A stretch of DNA of 64,000 nucleotides from Phoronis australis (Eukaryota; Animalia; Phoronida), in contig NMRA01000009.1 of the NCBI GenBank assembly GCA_002633005.1, positions 1,458,761 through 1,522,760 of the forward strand, written 5' to 3'. Below the pieces are notes generated by a model. The model was given only the letters and a program-made list of their open reading frames with translations. It was not told where the DNA came from and made no database searches. Below are positions 48,678-60,829 of this stretch, piece by piece. Both the position numbers and the translations under genes were made by a program. The first letter of the stretch is position 1; the number at the start of each line of letters is the position of its first letter.

Positions 48678-49459
48678 GAAACTTTAGCATGCCATTATTA
48701 TTGAAGGACACGATACAACGAATTTGGATTTTGACGATAGTCTTGATACAGCGAGCTAGCTAACTATAGGTACCACTGCATCAGTGTCTTGGCATGAGAC
48801 CCAGAAATTTCACACAGCCCGCCATAGTTCAGCTCGTCACCCATGTAGGGCCTAAATCGAGCCTAATGTTATACTCCACGGTTGAGCTAACGACTGTCGG
48901 CCTGTGCACACAAAATGTGTGAGTTAACCGGCACTCACCTTGCACGTTGCAGCCGTTTAAACGAAAAACAATCTAATAAACGCCATTTTCTTGCATAACC
49001 CTCAGCCTTTTGTAACAAAATCTGTTGTCGATGACCCGCACGTGCTAGCTCACTCTCTCATACGCAGACTAACTTCAAAACAAACCTCGCGTGACAACGT
49101 GTGTTCATCCAGAGATTTATCTCGTGTTGTGGGGTACGATGTAGCGCAGATTTGGACTTAATGGCAATTAATCTGGACTCCACATGAACTTAAAAAATTG
49201 CAAAACATAATGAGGATTTCAAGTAATTTATTGAGTCGAAACTGTATTTTTATTCACGAATTCAAGTTTTCCTATCGACGATCGCGATTCAGTGAAACTT
49301 TAGCATGCCATTATTATTGAAGGACACGATACAACGAATTTGGATTTTGACGATAGTCTTGATACAGCGAGCTAGCTAACTATAGGTACCACTGCATCAG
49401 TGTCTTGGCATGAGACCCAGAAATTTCACACAGCCCGCCATAGTTCAGCTCGTCACCCA
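48678..49459. repeat. 166-bp identical direct repeats flanking a 450-bp spacer
   Basis: 48678-48843 equals 49294-49459 by eye. The spacer contains a diverged minus-strand piece (about 49030-49290) of the Tc1/mariner interior. Confidence 0.9.
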
Positions 49460-50093
49460 CTTTGGCTGTCTTATGGGATAAAAACGAGGTGCACATCTCT
49501 AAGTCATGATTGTCTGCCGGGACTGCTTGCACGCTAACAATGTGACCTACCAGTGCCGCAGTGCGATATCAGGGATATTGTCGTGGATGTTTGGTACATG
49601 TAATAAGGACATCTTAAGCAAAAAACAAACATATTTGTCCACCACAAAGTTTGGTAAGTTGATCGCTTAAGAATTGATAGAAACACCGCTGTTTTGTGAG
49701 GTTTTATCACGTGTTACGTGGCCCGAAACTTTCTTCGGCGAATCCGGAAATTTGCAAAAGTGGCCAAAAATGTTAGCCAATGGAACGCGTCAAAGATTGA
49801 TTCTGCATATCCCATGTTCACGCCACTTGCTTACAAGTCATCGGGAGGGCCTGTTCTCAGTTAGTGTTCTTTTGAAGTTGGATTTGGCAACAACCAAATA
49901 ATGGTCGGATTAGCAAGAGTTGCTTAATGTTTGCCAGGTGTCTGCCGAGAAGTGTAAAAACTCAGCTCGCATTCATTGGAAATTCCAGGTCGCATTTTGC
50001 GACTTGATACGAGCTGACAAAAATCTCAGCTCGCATTTCCAAATTTCAAGCCGCAAATGCGGCCTGCAGCTCGTTATGTCAAGCCTTGAAATG

Positions 50094-50800
50094 TATCCCT
50101 GTTGAGATGTCATATGGACGATGTTTTGGAAGGATTTCAGTGCCGCTTTCCCCATTGACAATTTCAGTATTTTACATTTCCCTGCATATATTCAGAGTTC
50201 TTAGATGGATATTCATGAAATTTGACAAACAGGTTTCTGTTAAGGAGACCTCTGACAAATTTCTGTATTTAGATGGATTTGATGTATTCTCTGCCACTTA
50301 GTGGTTTTTTATATTATTTACGAGTCTTGTTTTTTGGCATCTGCCTATCCATCTGCCAAACTGCTCGAATATGAATATTAACAGATGTCTTCCTGCTGAA
50401 AAGACGACAGCTGACCTGGATTCTCGGTTGGGTCTGACTTCTGTGGTGTCCCACAGTGGCAACTTTTTGGCATCAATGGCTTGCAGGATTTTTGTGAACT
50501 TTCGACTTGTGTTTTTCTATGACTGACAATGTATGCTGATGATTTTCGGGTAGATCTGACTACCTGACAGGTGTGAACTGTGGTGGGAATTATATTTTTT
50601 ATGCTTACCTCTATTTCTTCAGAGTTCCTTGACAGATTTTCTTGAAGTGTTGCAGATAAATTTCTATTACAGAGATGACAACTTTCTATTTTTGGGTGGA
50701 TCAGATATATTCTGTGCTACCTCGCACTCATTTTTTATTTTTTGCGCTGGCATTCACGTAAATGCCAAATCACTCCAAGAATCATTTAGAAAATTGGCAG
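50094..50800 (+). mobile_element. Decayed HINE satellite array
   Basis: Monomer motifs TTCATGAAATTTGACAAACAGGTTTCT, GATGGATTTGATGTATTCT, GCCACTTAGTGG. Confidence 0.65.
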
Positions 50801-51200
50801 ATTTATAATTACCTACATACTTCATTTGAAATAAAAAACAATAATCAAATACTCTATATGCAATGGGGCTTTTTGGAAAAGTATGCCAGTGAGCTGAGGC
50901 ATACACACCTGGACTTTGCTAGGTCATTTAGAGAAGGAGCATTGTGACTTAACAGAATTTCACCAATCAATGTCAAAATACATCACATCGATTTTAAAAA
51001 GACAGAGATAAAAATTAGTTATGAAAAACGCAAAGAATATGATGATCAATACCATATAAGAACATGTTATTTGCAAAAGATTACAAAGAGTTTTCTGACA
51101 TTTGAAATATGCACCAAAAATATTTTAATACCACGCACCAATGTCTCTACAAATGTCGAAATTGTCTTATCAGCTTCATCATAACAACATTTGAGCCCAG

Positions 51201-52576
51201 GGCCCGGTCTCCAATCTCCGTACTCAGACTCGAATCATGCTCAAACTCACACTTCATACTCAACTCGAGTACAGACTCAGCTTTGGTGTATTCAATGTCA
51301 TACTCGAAAAATATGTTCTCCAAATTTCGAGCACGTACTCAGTTTTCGAGTGTACTCGAACTGAAGTGTATCTCATCTATATTTCGAGTACGATTTTGAG
51401 TAAAAATTCCGAGTCTATGCTCAAATTTCAAGTTTGGTATGGCAGTGTGCTTGAAATCGTACTCGAAAATAAATACGAGCCAGAGAACAAAATATCAAAA
51501 GGGAACCAAGAAACACAGCAAATCTAAAAAAATAAGTCCTTACCGTATCTCAGCACTTCAATTTCAGTTCAGGGATAATAGTTTTCATATTTAATCTTCT
51601 TAGTCTTCACCTTATTAACCCGCCGTATCACTATATGTTATGGCCGCCATTCTACCTCTACAATTCCTGGCAACAGGCGCATTGTAATCCCTTGTAGCCG
51701 AGTCATAACAAGTGCCGAAAGCAGTTGTGGGAAAAGTCGTGTGAGAAGTTTGTGCTGCCCTTATTTCGGTATGTGTGCCTACGTTTTGTATGGTTTCCAA
51801 AAGACGAGGAGGGGAGGGAAGTTAAAAACAGTTCGCTTCCCTGTCAGGTACATTTCTCATCATGACTTAGTCATCTATAATTCCTCAATCCCCAAATGGA
51901 ATTCCAGATTTTGTTTGCCGATTTCTAAGTAGACATCTTGTCCCGTTCACTGCCACTGGTGAACTCTGAATGCCTGCACAAGTATTGTTTTTTAACTCAC
52001 GTGCCAAACGTCAACTCACTTGATACATCCCAGTCGGATACAGTATCAAAGTTTGACATCAGCGTAGGCCTACACTGCAATGGGTTTATGTCAAGACTAA
52101 ATTAGCAACAGAGATGTAATGTGATAAGCTGTTACATATTTCTTAAGACATTTTCGGGACTGGGTGAGGAACTCAAGAAGTAAAGCTTAATAATTGACAA
52201 ATGTAACAAAGAAATGGCATAAGAATATTTATTGAAACTAAAAAATGAATAACAGTTACAGAACACTCAGAATTCCACGTTATAGACATACTGTTGTAGT
52301 TGTTGCGACAGCAGACGATAATGTAGGCCTAGTTCTTGGGGTGGTCTATTCCAATAGGGAGCGATGAATCAGCGCGGCTTTGCGTGATTTTGTATTTCAC
52401 ATCATAAAGAGTTCCATAGCAACTCGAGTATGAGTGTCAGATTTGAGTACGTTTGGAGTCTACTCGAAATATGACATTAGATACGCTTTTTTGAGTACGA
52501 CTCCAGTGAGCACGATTTTGAGTATGAAATCTCGAGTATTAGTATGAGTCTGAGTACAGAGATTGGATACCGGGCC
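51201..52576. mobile_element. PIF/Harbinger non-autonomous element
   Basis: TIRs GGCCCGGTCTCCAATCTCCGTACTCAGACTC / GAGTCTGAGTACAGAGATTGGATACCGGGCC, 3-bp TSD CAG, many subterminal TACTCG/GAGTA repeats. Confidence 0.88.
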
Positions 52577-53289
52577 CAGGTGTATGAGAAGGTAGAAATC
52601 ACCATTACTTGTGCTCAATATTTTTACTGTGAAGTTAATTAATAAAAAGTATGCGTCATTTGCATTTTTCGATGCCTTTAAAACCTAAAGAAACTTTCTC
52701 CCTTGTACTTTCGTTCTCAAGTCTTATATAAAATGGAGGTACAAAACGGTGTTTCAAGAAGATATCTCGTTCCTGGAGGAGAAGTGAACTATCCTGTGCA
52801 ACTAAAAGTTTAAAATTCAGACAAAACTGTACTTACTGACCTGGTAAGTACTCAACTGATCTCAAAGTTTACTGTAGACTCAATTTTATGTACATTAAAT
52901 GCAAGTCTCAACTCTCAAGCCAAAAGGTCTTGCTCAAAAGTTGTATTTACTTCCAATGACCTTTGACCTATAAAATATGATTAGACAAGCACCTCAATCA
53001 AAATAGTAACGTGTAATTAAATTGCTGCCTTTGACCAGTTGATAAGTAAAACTTTATTTACATACTAGCAACAAAAGTTTGTGAGAAACAAGAAGAATAA
53101 GCTAAAAACCTTGTATGCAACAGTAGTCTACTTTAAATTTGTAAGCCCAGGTAAACAAAGTGTGAAACTAGGACCTGAAAACCAATAGTGCCAGAGGACT
53201 GCAGTCACATAACTTCTGTCAAAATGCATTGAAATCGGTACATACGGTCTCATCCAGAAACGCTCTCCCCCAAAATACTGAAAAAGCCA

Positions 53290-53800
53290 TATGTCGTGAC
53301 CAAGATGGCCACTAGGGGGTGCTACAGTAGTCAAATCCATTTGAAAATCAACTGATGTAGGCAGATTGCCATAGCATATGCATACTATTGTATTTCAAAT
53401 TTTGTTGAAATCTGTCTATCACTTCTGCAGATATGATCTGGAAATGCTCTTCTGCCAAAAATTACTGGAAAGCACCATCCATTGACTGAAAAGTGGCATA
53501 CACTAGTGATACCCTACAAAAATGACAAATTTTATCACAATCCAGCCAGGGTTTTCTTAGATATCGAGCAGACAACTGAACAACCAAACAAAATCAAAGT
53601 TGGTTGATGTAGTTTTGGACTCCCTTCATAAATCAATTGCCAGTGGCACATTGCCATTTAACATACACCTCTGTGTCAAGTTTCAAGTAAATCCATCTAG
53701 CAGTTCTCTACATATCATCCGAAAATGCTCTTCTCCAAACAAATCGGAAAAGTCCCTTGTTGAAACTAAAATGGCCACTAAGCCATGCTGCAATAGTCGG
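53290..53800 (-). mobile_element. Inverted, decayed HINE-satellite-like fragment
   Basis: CAAGATGGCCACTAGGGGGTGCTACAGTAGTCAAATCCAT is the reverse complement of monomer motifs. Similarity is weaker downstream. Confidence 0.5.
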
Positions 53801-54708
53801 ATATGTACATAAAATGACTGGTGGCAGTGAATTCATCAACAGCATAATATGTTCTGAACAGCTGTTACAAAACAAAACTGTGATAAAATTTTGGACATTT
53901 TTACGAACCAGCCTAACCAGTCTTTGAATCATATTTCGAAAATAAATGAATAACAAGAACGGTTATAACATTGTAAAATCCTCATCGGGTAGCTGCACTC
54001 ATTCATGAAACCAGATCATTGACCGTAGGGTGTAGCCTACGTCGTCTGTTTTCACGAAGATGTTAAAAGTGCCACCGTTGATGAAAGGTCAGGCGAATAT
54101 GCCTGTTGTAGCATTGTTGCAGGTACGTTGACGCATTTCTATGGATTCTGGAGCGTTGGTACAAAGCTGTATACTAAGTATACGACAGTCTGTTGATACA
54201 GCTAGCTGGCTGGATAGGTTCACGTTTTGCTGGGACGGTTGTCATTGCTGCTCGTGTAATACTGTCGCCGATAGTAATCGGGTGCTTTCATGGCCAGTGA
54301 CAACAGTGTTTGATATTGGCGAGGAATCGGTGCCTGAGTTGCAGACGATATAATATATAGAAATCAAAAACTGAGACAGAACTGTCATATAATTATTAGT
54401 CCTGTTCCAGCTGTTACGATTGAGACCTGGTTGCATGTTGAGTGGTGTTTACATTGCTACAATTGTACTACTTTAAGCTAATCCGAAAGTTTGATGATCT
54501 GACCAGCTAACGATTTTGAGTCGACATTGACCTACCTTTTAAACCTTCACTGTCAGAGGTCACTGTTGAAGTAGTGCTGGAGGTGAATATGGAAAACATT
54601 ATTACATGGCCGTGTTTCCCTCGACAGATTCAACACGTATGGGATAAAGATCGATGATAACAATGAGTGCAACGACGGCCTCCGAGACAGTGGTTTGGCA
54701 ATGTGAAT

Positions 54709-54903
54709 TATCTCAAATATTTCTAAATATGGCTAGCACGCTATCTGTGGCCACAATCACGTGACCTAAAGAATATCAGTCTGAAAATATTTCTGCCCCA
54801 ACGGGGACTCAAACCCAGGGCCTTCTGCTAACCGTGCAGACGCTCTAGTCCACCAAGCCATCGGGACCACCAGTCGAATACAGAAATTCAATCAGACTTT
54901 AAG
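54709..54903 (-). mobile_element. Element with internal tRNA-like cassette, copy 2 (truncated)
   Basis: The reverse complement aligns to 9681-9800 and 9900-9957. Cassette at 54794-54867: GTCCCGA-TG-GCTT..GAGC-G-TCTGC-ACGGTTA-GCAGA..GGTTTGAGTCC..TTGGGGC. Confidence 0.75.
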
Positions 54904-56222
54904 TTAATACATTTATGCACACAGTCTCGAACATAAACATCCCAAACACAATAAGCACATCTGAATTAGTTTTTCAAACTTTTATTTCGTCAAAAAACTA
55001 ATTAAATGCTCTCTGACTCGGAAGTAGTGAGAGATGGCACATGAACACAAGAATTTTAAAATGAAGCATTATAGAAAAAATTCAACATTGAAGCTTTTTG
55101 TGTACAAGGTGGAAAAATAATGAAAGCTGCTAGATCATGAGACTGGCAATCTTGTTATGAAATTGATCCGTTTTCAAAAAATGCAGTCATTCATTTAATT
55201 AAAAGTGGCTGTTCAGTACTCCGTGTTAATTCAACATCTGTGCAAGAGGTGCTTGTGTTTAGGCGACTCAACGGAAAATTTAATAAGGTGACATCCACTT
55301 TATTTACAGCAGATAAAAACCAAGACGCAAAACATCAAAATTTGAAAGCATTTCCACTTTAAATTTAAATCTCTGCTGAACCCCTTAAAGCGAAGGCAAG
55401 GGTTGTGTCGAGCTAATGACCTGAGCATAGTGCCTCCAATTTGTGGCCTGCTAATTTGTCGGACCTGTCAAAAATCTCTGCTTTCACTTTATTGCCAAAA
55501 ATGTTCCAAATCATTATGGTGTGTTTGTTCACGACAGCTCTGCAATATAGAGTTTTCAAGTAATCAGTTAAAATTGTCTTCTTGTTTACTCCAACGTGTT
55601 GAAAAATTTGATTCAATAAAATTTTACTGTTCCACCATATTGTGTTCTAATTTCTATATATGTATCATTTTCATTACACCATATCTTATATGTCAATTGT
55701 CATTTTGTGTTTGATTTTACTTTATTTCTGTTTTTGTTGATAAAGGAAGTTGTTACCTCCGAAAATTTCAAATTTCAGTTGATCCATTCTTGTTGTTTTA
55801 TTTACCGATTTATAAATATGATTCATTTCTAATATATACCGCGGTTTGCTAATGAACCAAAAAATGTCCACTTGTGCAAAAATCATCAGAATTTCAAAAT
55901 GTTATTTCTCCTGTAGTTAGAGAGGTGTGGACAGGTATAAAGCAACTTGCTAATTACATGCATTGCTATTCTAAGGGTCCCTGTTGTCCAATCAGTTTTT
56001 ATTGATCAAAGGCATTTGATTTAAGCATTGATTTCGAGCAAGACATTTCAATTTAATGGATATGATTGGTAATCGTAGAAAACATTTAATCCTAATCTTT
56101 GAGGTCACTTGGTGCACTCACTGGGTCACTACTTGCAATTTCTTGTGAATACCATCTCTACCTTGATTACCAAAGGTCAAATTTCTTTGATGAAGTTGAT
56201 CTATACCCATAAAACATAATAA

Positions 56223-57200
56223 TTTTTATGCGCCCTCATATTTGTATGTGGGTGCATATTGTCGTCATCTCTGTCTGGGAATCTGCCGTCTGTGGTTGTA
56301 TCTGCTAAACCCCTTGCAGAATCTTACTGAAATATGGCAGGTGTGTTCCTATGGGGTTGATGACAGAGGGCGACGAGTTTCAGACTGACCCGAATACCCC
56401 TGTGCCCCCCTAGTGGCAATTTCAGTTTTTTACATTTGCCTCTGTATCTTCAAAGGTCCTCAACCGATTTTCATGAAATTTGGCAAATAGGTATCTATTA
56501 ATGAGGTGACGCTATCCTCTCGTTTTGGGATGGATTTGAGGCATTTTGCACCATCTTGTGGCCATTTTTACTATTTTCGGGTCAGTTTTTTGGCATCCGT
56601 CCCTCTATCAACCGAAGCACTCTAAGGATGATTACTAAAATTGGCATGTAGGTTCTTATTATGTATGAAGAGGACGGTTGACGATGATTTTCTGACTACT
56701 GTAGCGCCTCCTAGTGGCAGTTTTGTTTGTTTTTGTGCCCAGGCAGTGTACGCTCTACAGGATCTAGCAAATGTATTTATATGAAGTTGACAATGGACTA
56801 TGACGACTTTTGGACAGATCAAAGTTCCAGTGTGTCCCCTAGTGGCAATTTTATTTTTTTATGTTTACCTCTGTATTTTCGAATGTCCGCCATGGATTTC
56901 CATAAAATTTGGCACATAGGCAACTATTAATGAGGTTATGCTATCCTCTTCTTTTCGGATGGATTCGAGATATTTTGCGTCACCTAGTGGGCATTTTTAT
57001 TGTTTTCAAGTCTGTTTTTTGGCGTCCGTCCCTCCGTCAACCAAACCACTCTAAGGATGGTTGTGAAAATTGTCATGTATGTTCTTACTATGAAGAGGAC
57101 GATTGGCAATGATTTTCCAACGACTTCGACTGCTGTGGCACTTCCTAGTGACAGTTTTGTTTTTTTTTGTGCCCATACCTGTATCTCCTAAGCCCTCTTC
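56223..57200 (+). mobile_element. HINE copy, 5' end intact and 3' truncated
   Basis: TTTTTATGCGCCCTCATA-TTTG-TATGTGGGTGCAT hairpin start followed by six monomers with CCYCCTAGTGGC-type motifs. Confidence 0.85.
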
Positions 57201-57550
57201 AGTTCTCCATCTAAAAGACTTAAAAGAAAATCCTGAACACACTTTTGTGGCTAATAGTATGAACAGAATTTGCAGGTTTTATGTGAAAAATTGTTGTTTG
57301 TGGAAACATTGTTGATCTCTAAAAGATCACAGTTTTCATAATTACAAATCTCTCTCATCAGTTCCCTTATTATTCCCTTCTAGCTCATGTTTCACTAGCT
57401 CATGGACATGTATTTATGTGCAGAATCCAGTATTGTACCATACTGTGACAATTATGTTCTAGTTTTGTTATGTTATCATCTCGGTGTTATCGTCAACGTA
57501 CAGAAATCATTGCTACTGCAGTTAGAAAGATATGTTGCCATGAGACGCAT

Positions 57551-57553
<3 letters not shown>

Positions 57554-57620
<67 letters not shown>
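57554..57620. repeat. (CA)n microsatellite
   Basis: About 33 perfect dinucleotide units. Confidence 0.98.
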
Positions 57621-57623
<3 letters not shown>

Positions 57624-60600
57624 TTAAGGCGTGAAATGCTGCACTTGTCAATATTTCATTATTAAAACATTTAGGTGGATAGACTGGAGCCAGTTTGATG
57701 TGAGTTTATGTATAATTATTTTGTGCATCCTTCTTCATCGTTTGTTTAGTGTCTTTACTATATTTTTGGATGTAACAATTAATGTTTACTTTGGATTTCA
57801 TTGCAGAACCGCTTTGTCAGATGTGATTTACCTTATGACTGCTGTCTAGAGTGTTAACCATTTTAAAGGTTTTGTATATACAATGGTTTGTGTGAAGTAT
57901 ATCTCAAAGAATTTAGGCTAATCCTCTGTTTACCAAATAAAGTGCTCCAAATGCAAGCCAGGTGTTACACTCTACTTAACGTTTATCATCACCTTCGTTT
58001 TCTTCTTTGTTCAGTTTCACCAAGTTTTACACTCAAAAGCCTTTTCATTTACAGTTTGCTCATGACTTAATTTTGAGTAATTATACACTTTATGTTGTGA
58101 GCATCAATGCCATCTGCTGCATGTGCTGAAGTGCAAATGGTAGCGGACATGCTCTATCTTTAATTGAAGCATTGTTATTTCCTGTGAATGTGGGAATTAA
58201 CATTACTAACATGGCTGACCCCAAGGTTGAACTTCAGTTACATAAAGCAATGAGGATGCAAAACCTCAATAACCTAAATATGATTTAACCATTGGCTGAT
58301 GAAGGTAGTCATGACAGATTCTTTTTAATGCCTTATACAGTATTCACCACCATCCATAATCCCACACTGTTGTAGAGAATGGAACTTTAGATCTTGTACA
58401 ATTTTGTGCCAAGGTGTATATCAGGGGGCAGCTCCAGGCATCAGTTGATTTTGGGGATCTTGACATGATTTTCAAAGCCACTAGAAGAAAATCGGGTTTT
58501 GACTTGAGGAAATTGTTGTCCATGATTTTGTTCATATTTTGTAATGATTTGTAGGTTGTACAACTCCAGACGCCAGTTGCATATTTGATGACCTTGACAA
58601 CATAGTGAGTTTTGACGTGAGTTGCCACTGGTTGCCAGCTTCCCTTATATTTGCTGTAGGCTTGGGGCTTATTTGTCGCTAGCTGGATTCTTCTATATTA
58701 CTGACCGGGCATGCAGAATGGAAAGATGCAATTAAGTGGTTCACTTCTGTGCACCCAACATTGGCTAGAAAATAATACCTCCATATTTTCATTTTGATTG
58801 AATTCACTATAACCTTGTGCAAAGGAGTTCTATGTTAGGATTTTCATTGTCCAACAATGGCATCAAAATGCTGAGTGTACTACAGAAACATGCCGTTAAT
58901 CAGGAAAGAATTATGTTGAGTAAAAAAACTTATACGAAAGTGTTTGTCGAGGTCTCCAACGAGGAAAATAAATTCTTTTCAGCCGACTCTTTAAGAGGGT
59001 GATATCCTCATTTTTCAGCGACCCAAGCAGTGGAGTGCTTCCTGAGTAATGAATAATATTGCATTTTGAGTTGGGAGGGGATAACTAGTTCCCATAGTGG
59101 CGTAGAAATTTCCGGAGGGCTGTAAATCCTGGGTTATCACCAGGTCCTGGTTGAGAAGATAATTATTTTATTACCCCTTTTGGGTTTTGGAAGGCTCTTT
59201 TCATACTAACTAAACTCCGGTATAAGCAGTATGAACAGAGCTCGATGCAAACTATGAAGTTAACTGAATTGTTCATACCAACTTCCGTAGTTGGGGCATT
59301 TCAGCAAACGGTAGGTGACGCTGTCATCATCGAAGTAATCGCAAGGTAGCGCTGATGCATCCCTGCACATGAAGATTTTTTATGTGACAATTTGAGAACA
59401 GTTGTGTGCCAATTGACATAACAGTTATTTCTAATTCAATTGGTGTTTATTCGAGCAAAATATAAGCAACTATTAGTGACGACACAGCCCTTAATTGTTG
59501 ACGTAGCATTAAACCCTGGCGATAACTTCAAGGAGGCTGAGGTTGATCGTTCATACCACACTACATTGTCGCTGTTATTAATCCACCTGTTTACTGCTAA
59601 ATGAACTGGTGTTGGTAACTTCAATCCAGGACCGAAGTTAACCGTTCACACCGACCACAGTTCCCCAAAACTTTGACGCGTTGACGTTAGTCAATGAAAT
59701 GACCTGAATAGTCAAGCCCGGAAAGGTATTGATCCAAACGCTGTAGCGTCTGGGGTACAGGCGAATTTAGACGAGAGTTCCAAGATTTTTTTCATCGCCT
59801 GAGGGACACGTGTGCTATCTCAAATCTGCACTGTCACAATAGAATTAAGCCATTGTTGCAAAATGCCCATAACCTATACAAGTTACTCCTAGAACGAGTC
59901 GTCGATAGATTTGGAGGCTGTGTGGATGCTACTTAAACTAGTACAACATGCCCCACTTGACAACTTACTCCACATTATGGAGGTGGGGTAACTAATGTTT
60001 AAGGGTAACTTACGCCACTTCTAATCGCTGTGTGGCTGTAATCCTTGGGCAAGGCGGAAGTAATTATCTGCTGCGGTTACATACAGATGGGTCTTCTATT
60101 GTGGGCCATATTCGCATTGGCCATCAATTTTCATACGTAGAGCAATAACTTGTCCCATACCCTGGTTATCGGATATGTGTGTGTGTGTGTGTGGATGCTC
60201 CACTTGAATTAGTAAGGTAAGTTGCACAAGTGAAAGTTGTTCTACCGTAGGCCTCTTATGTAATATAGTAATTATTTTGCAGTAAATTCCAGAAGTTGTG
60301 ATTCATCATTTTTCCTCAACTAAATACAAAGTGTACCAATTTCTCCCTAAGTGTGTCAGCTTGCTTTTATATGTGTACTGAATCAGTTGCTAGTTAAATA
60401 AATAAAAGCTGCTGTATGTATCAAAAGTCCCATTTAGACATCAACTTTTGGCCCCCCCCCCTCCCCCCACGCAACTTTACACACACAACTCACTAACTGT
60501 GACAAGATGGAAATTGCAGGCTGGAGGGACTGGATCGCACATGCTCAGGTTTACAAATGACGAGAGTTGCTGAGACAAAGAACCTGCATGTAGGTCATTA

Positions 60601-60637
60601 AGCAAGCGCAGTAGAGATGATCCTTTCCGCCTTGCCC

Positions 60638-60829
60638 CAGTTCGCGTTTAGACATATAATTGACACGGAGCAAAATGTTTGGGTGCAAATTGCTCTACAA
60701 CACAAACGGGTGGCAAAATTTGTCACCGCGGTGTCAGTTTGCTCGGTGTCAGTCCCGTTTACACACTGGAACAACTCGTTCGTTCCGTGTCAGCTGATCC
60801 GTGTCAACTTTTGAAGTGTAAACGGCACT
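60638..60829. mobile_element. Degenerate Harbinger-like MITE
   Basis: AGTTCGCGTTTAGACAT at left versus AAGTGTAAACGGCACT at right, with internal GTGTCAG/TGACAC repeats. Confidence 0.35.

Larger units (their letters stand above)
45088..50088. mobile_element. 5-kb hAT-like non-autonomous element with 5-bp TSD
   Basis: TIRs AAGGGCTCGAC / GTCAAGCCTTG, AAATG duplicated on both sides (45083-45087, 50089-50093), clustered subterminal CCAGGTCGCA/CAGCTCGCA repeats at both ends. The flanks rejoin into a decayed HINE monomer. Confidence 0.8.

Noticed and set aside
57402-57665. His-Thr repeat protein
   Set aside because: Translation of a (CA)n microsatellite.
58344-58628. 94-aa minus-strand ORF
   Set aside because: No recognisable domain or splice support. 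The sequence looks like a decayed repeat monomer.
59193-59242. 50-bp mini inverted repeat GGCTCTTTTCATACT / AGTATGAACAGAGCT and nearby GTTCATACCA motifs
   Set aside because: Probably Harbinger-type debris, but boundaries and TSD cannot be established.
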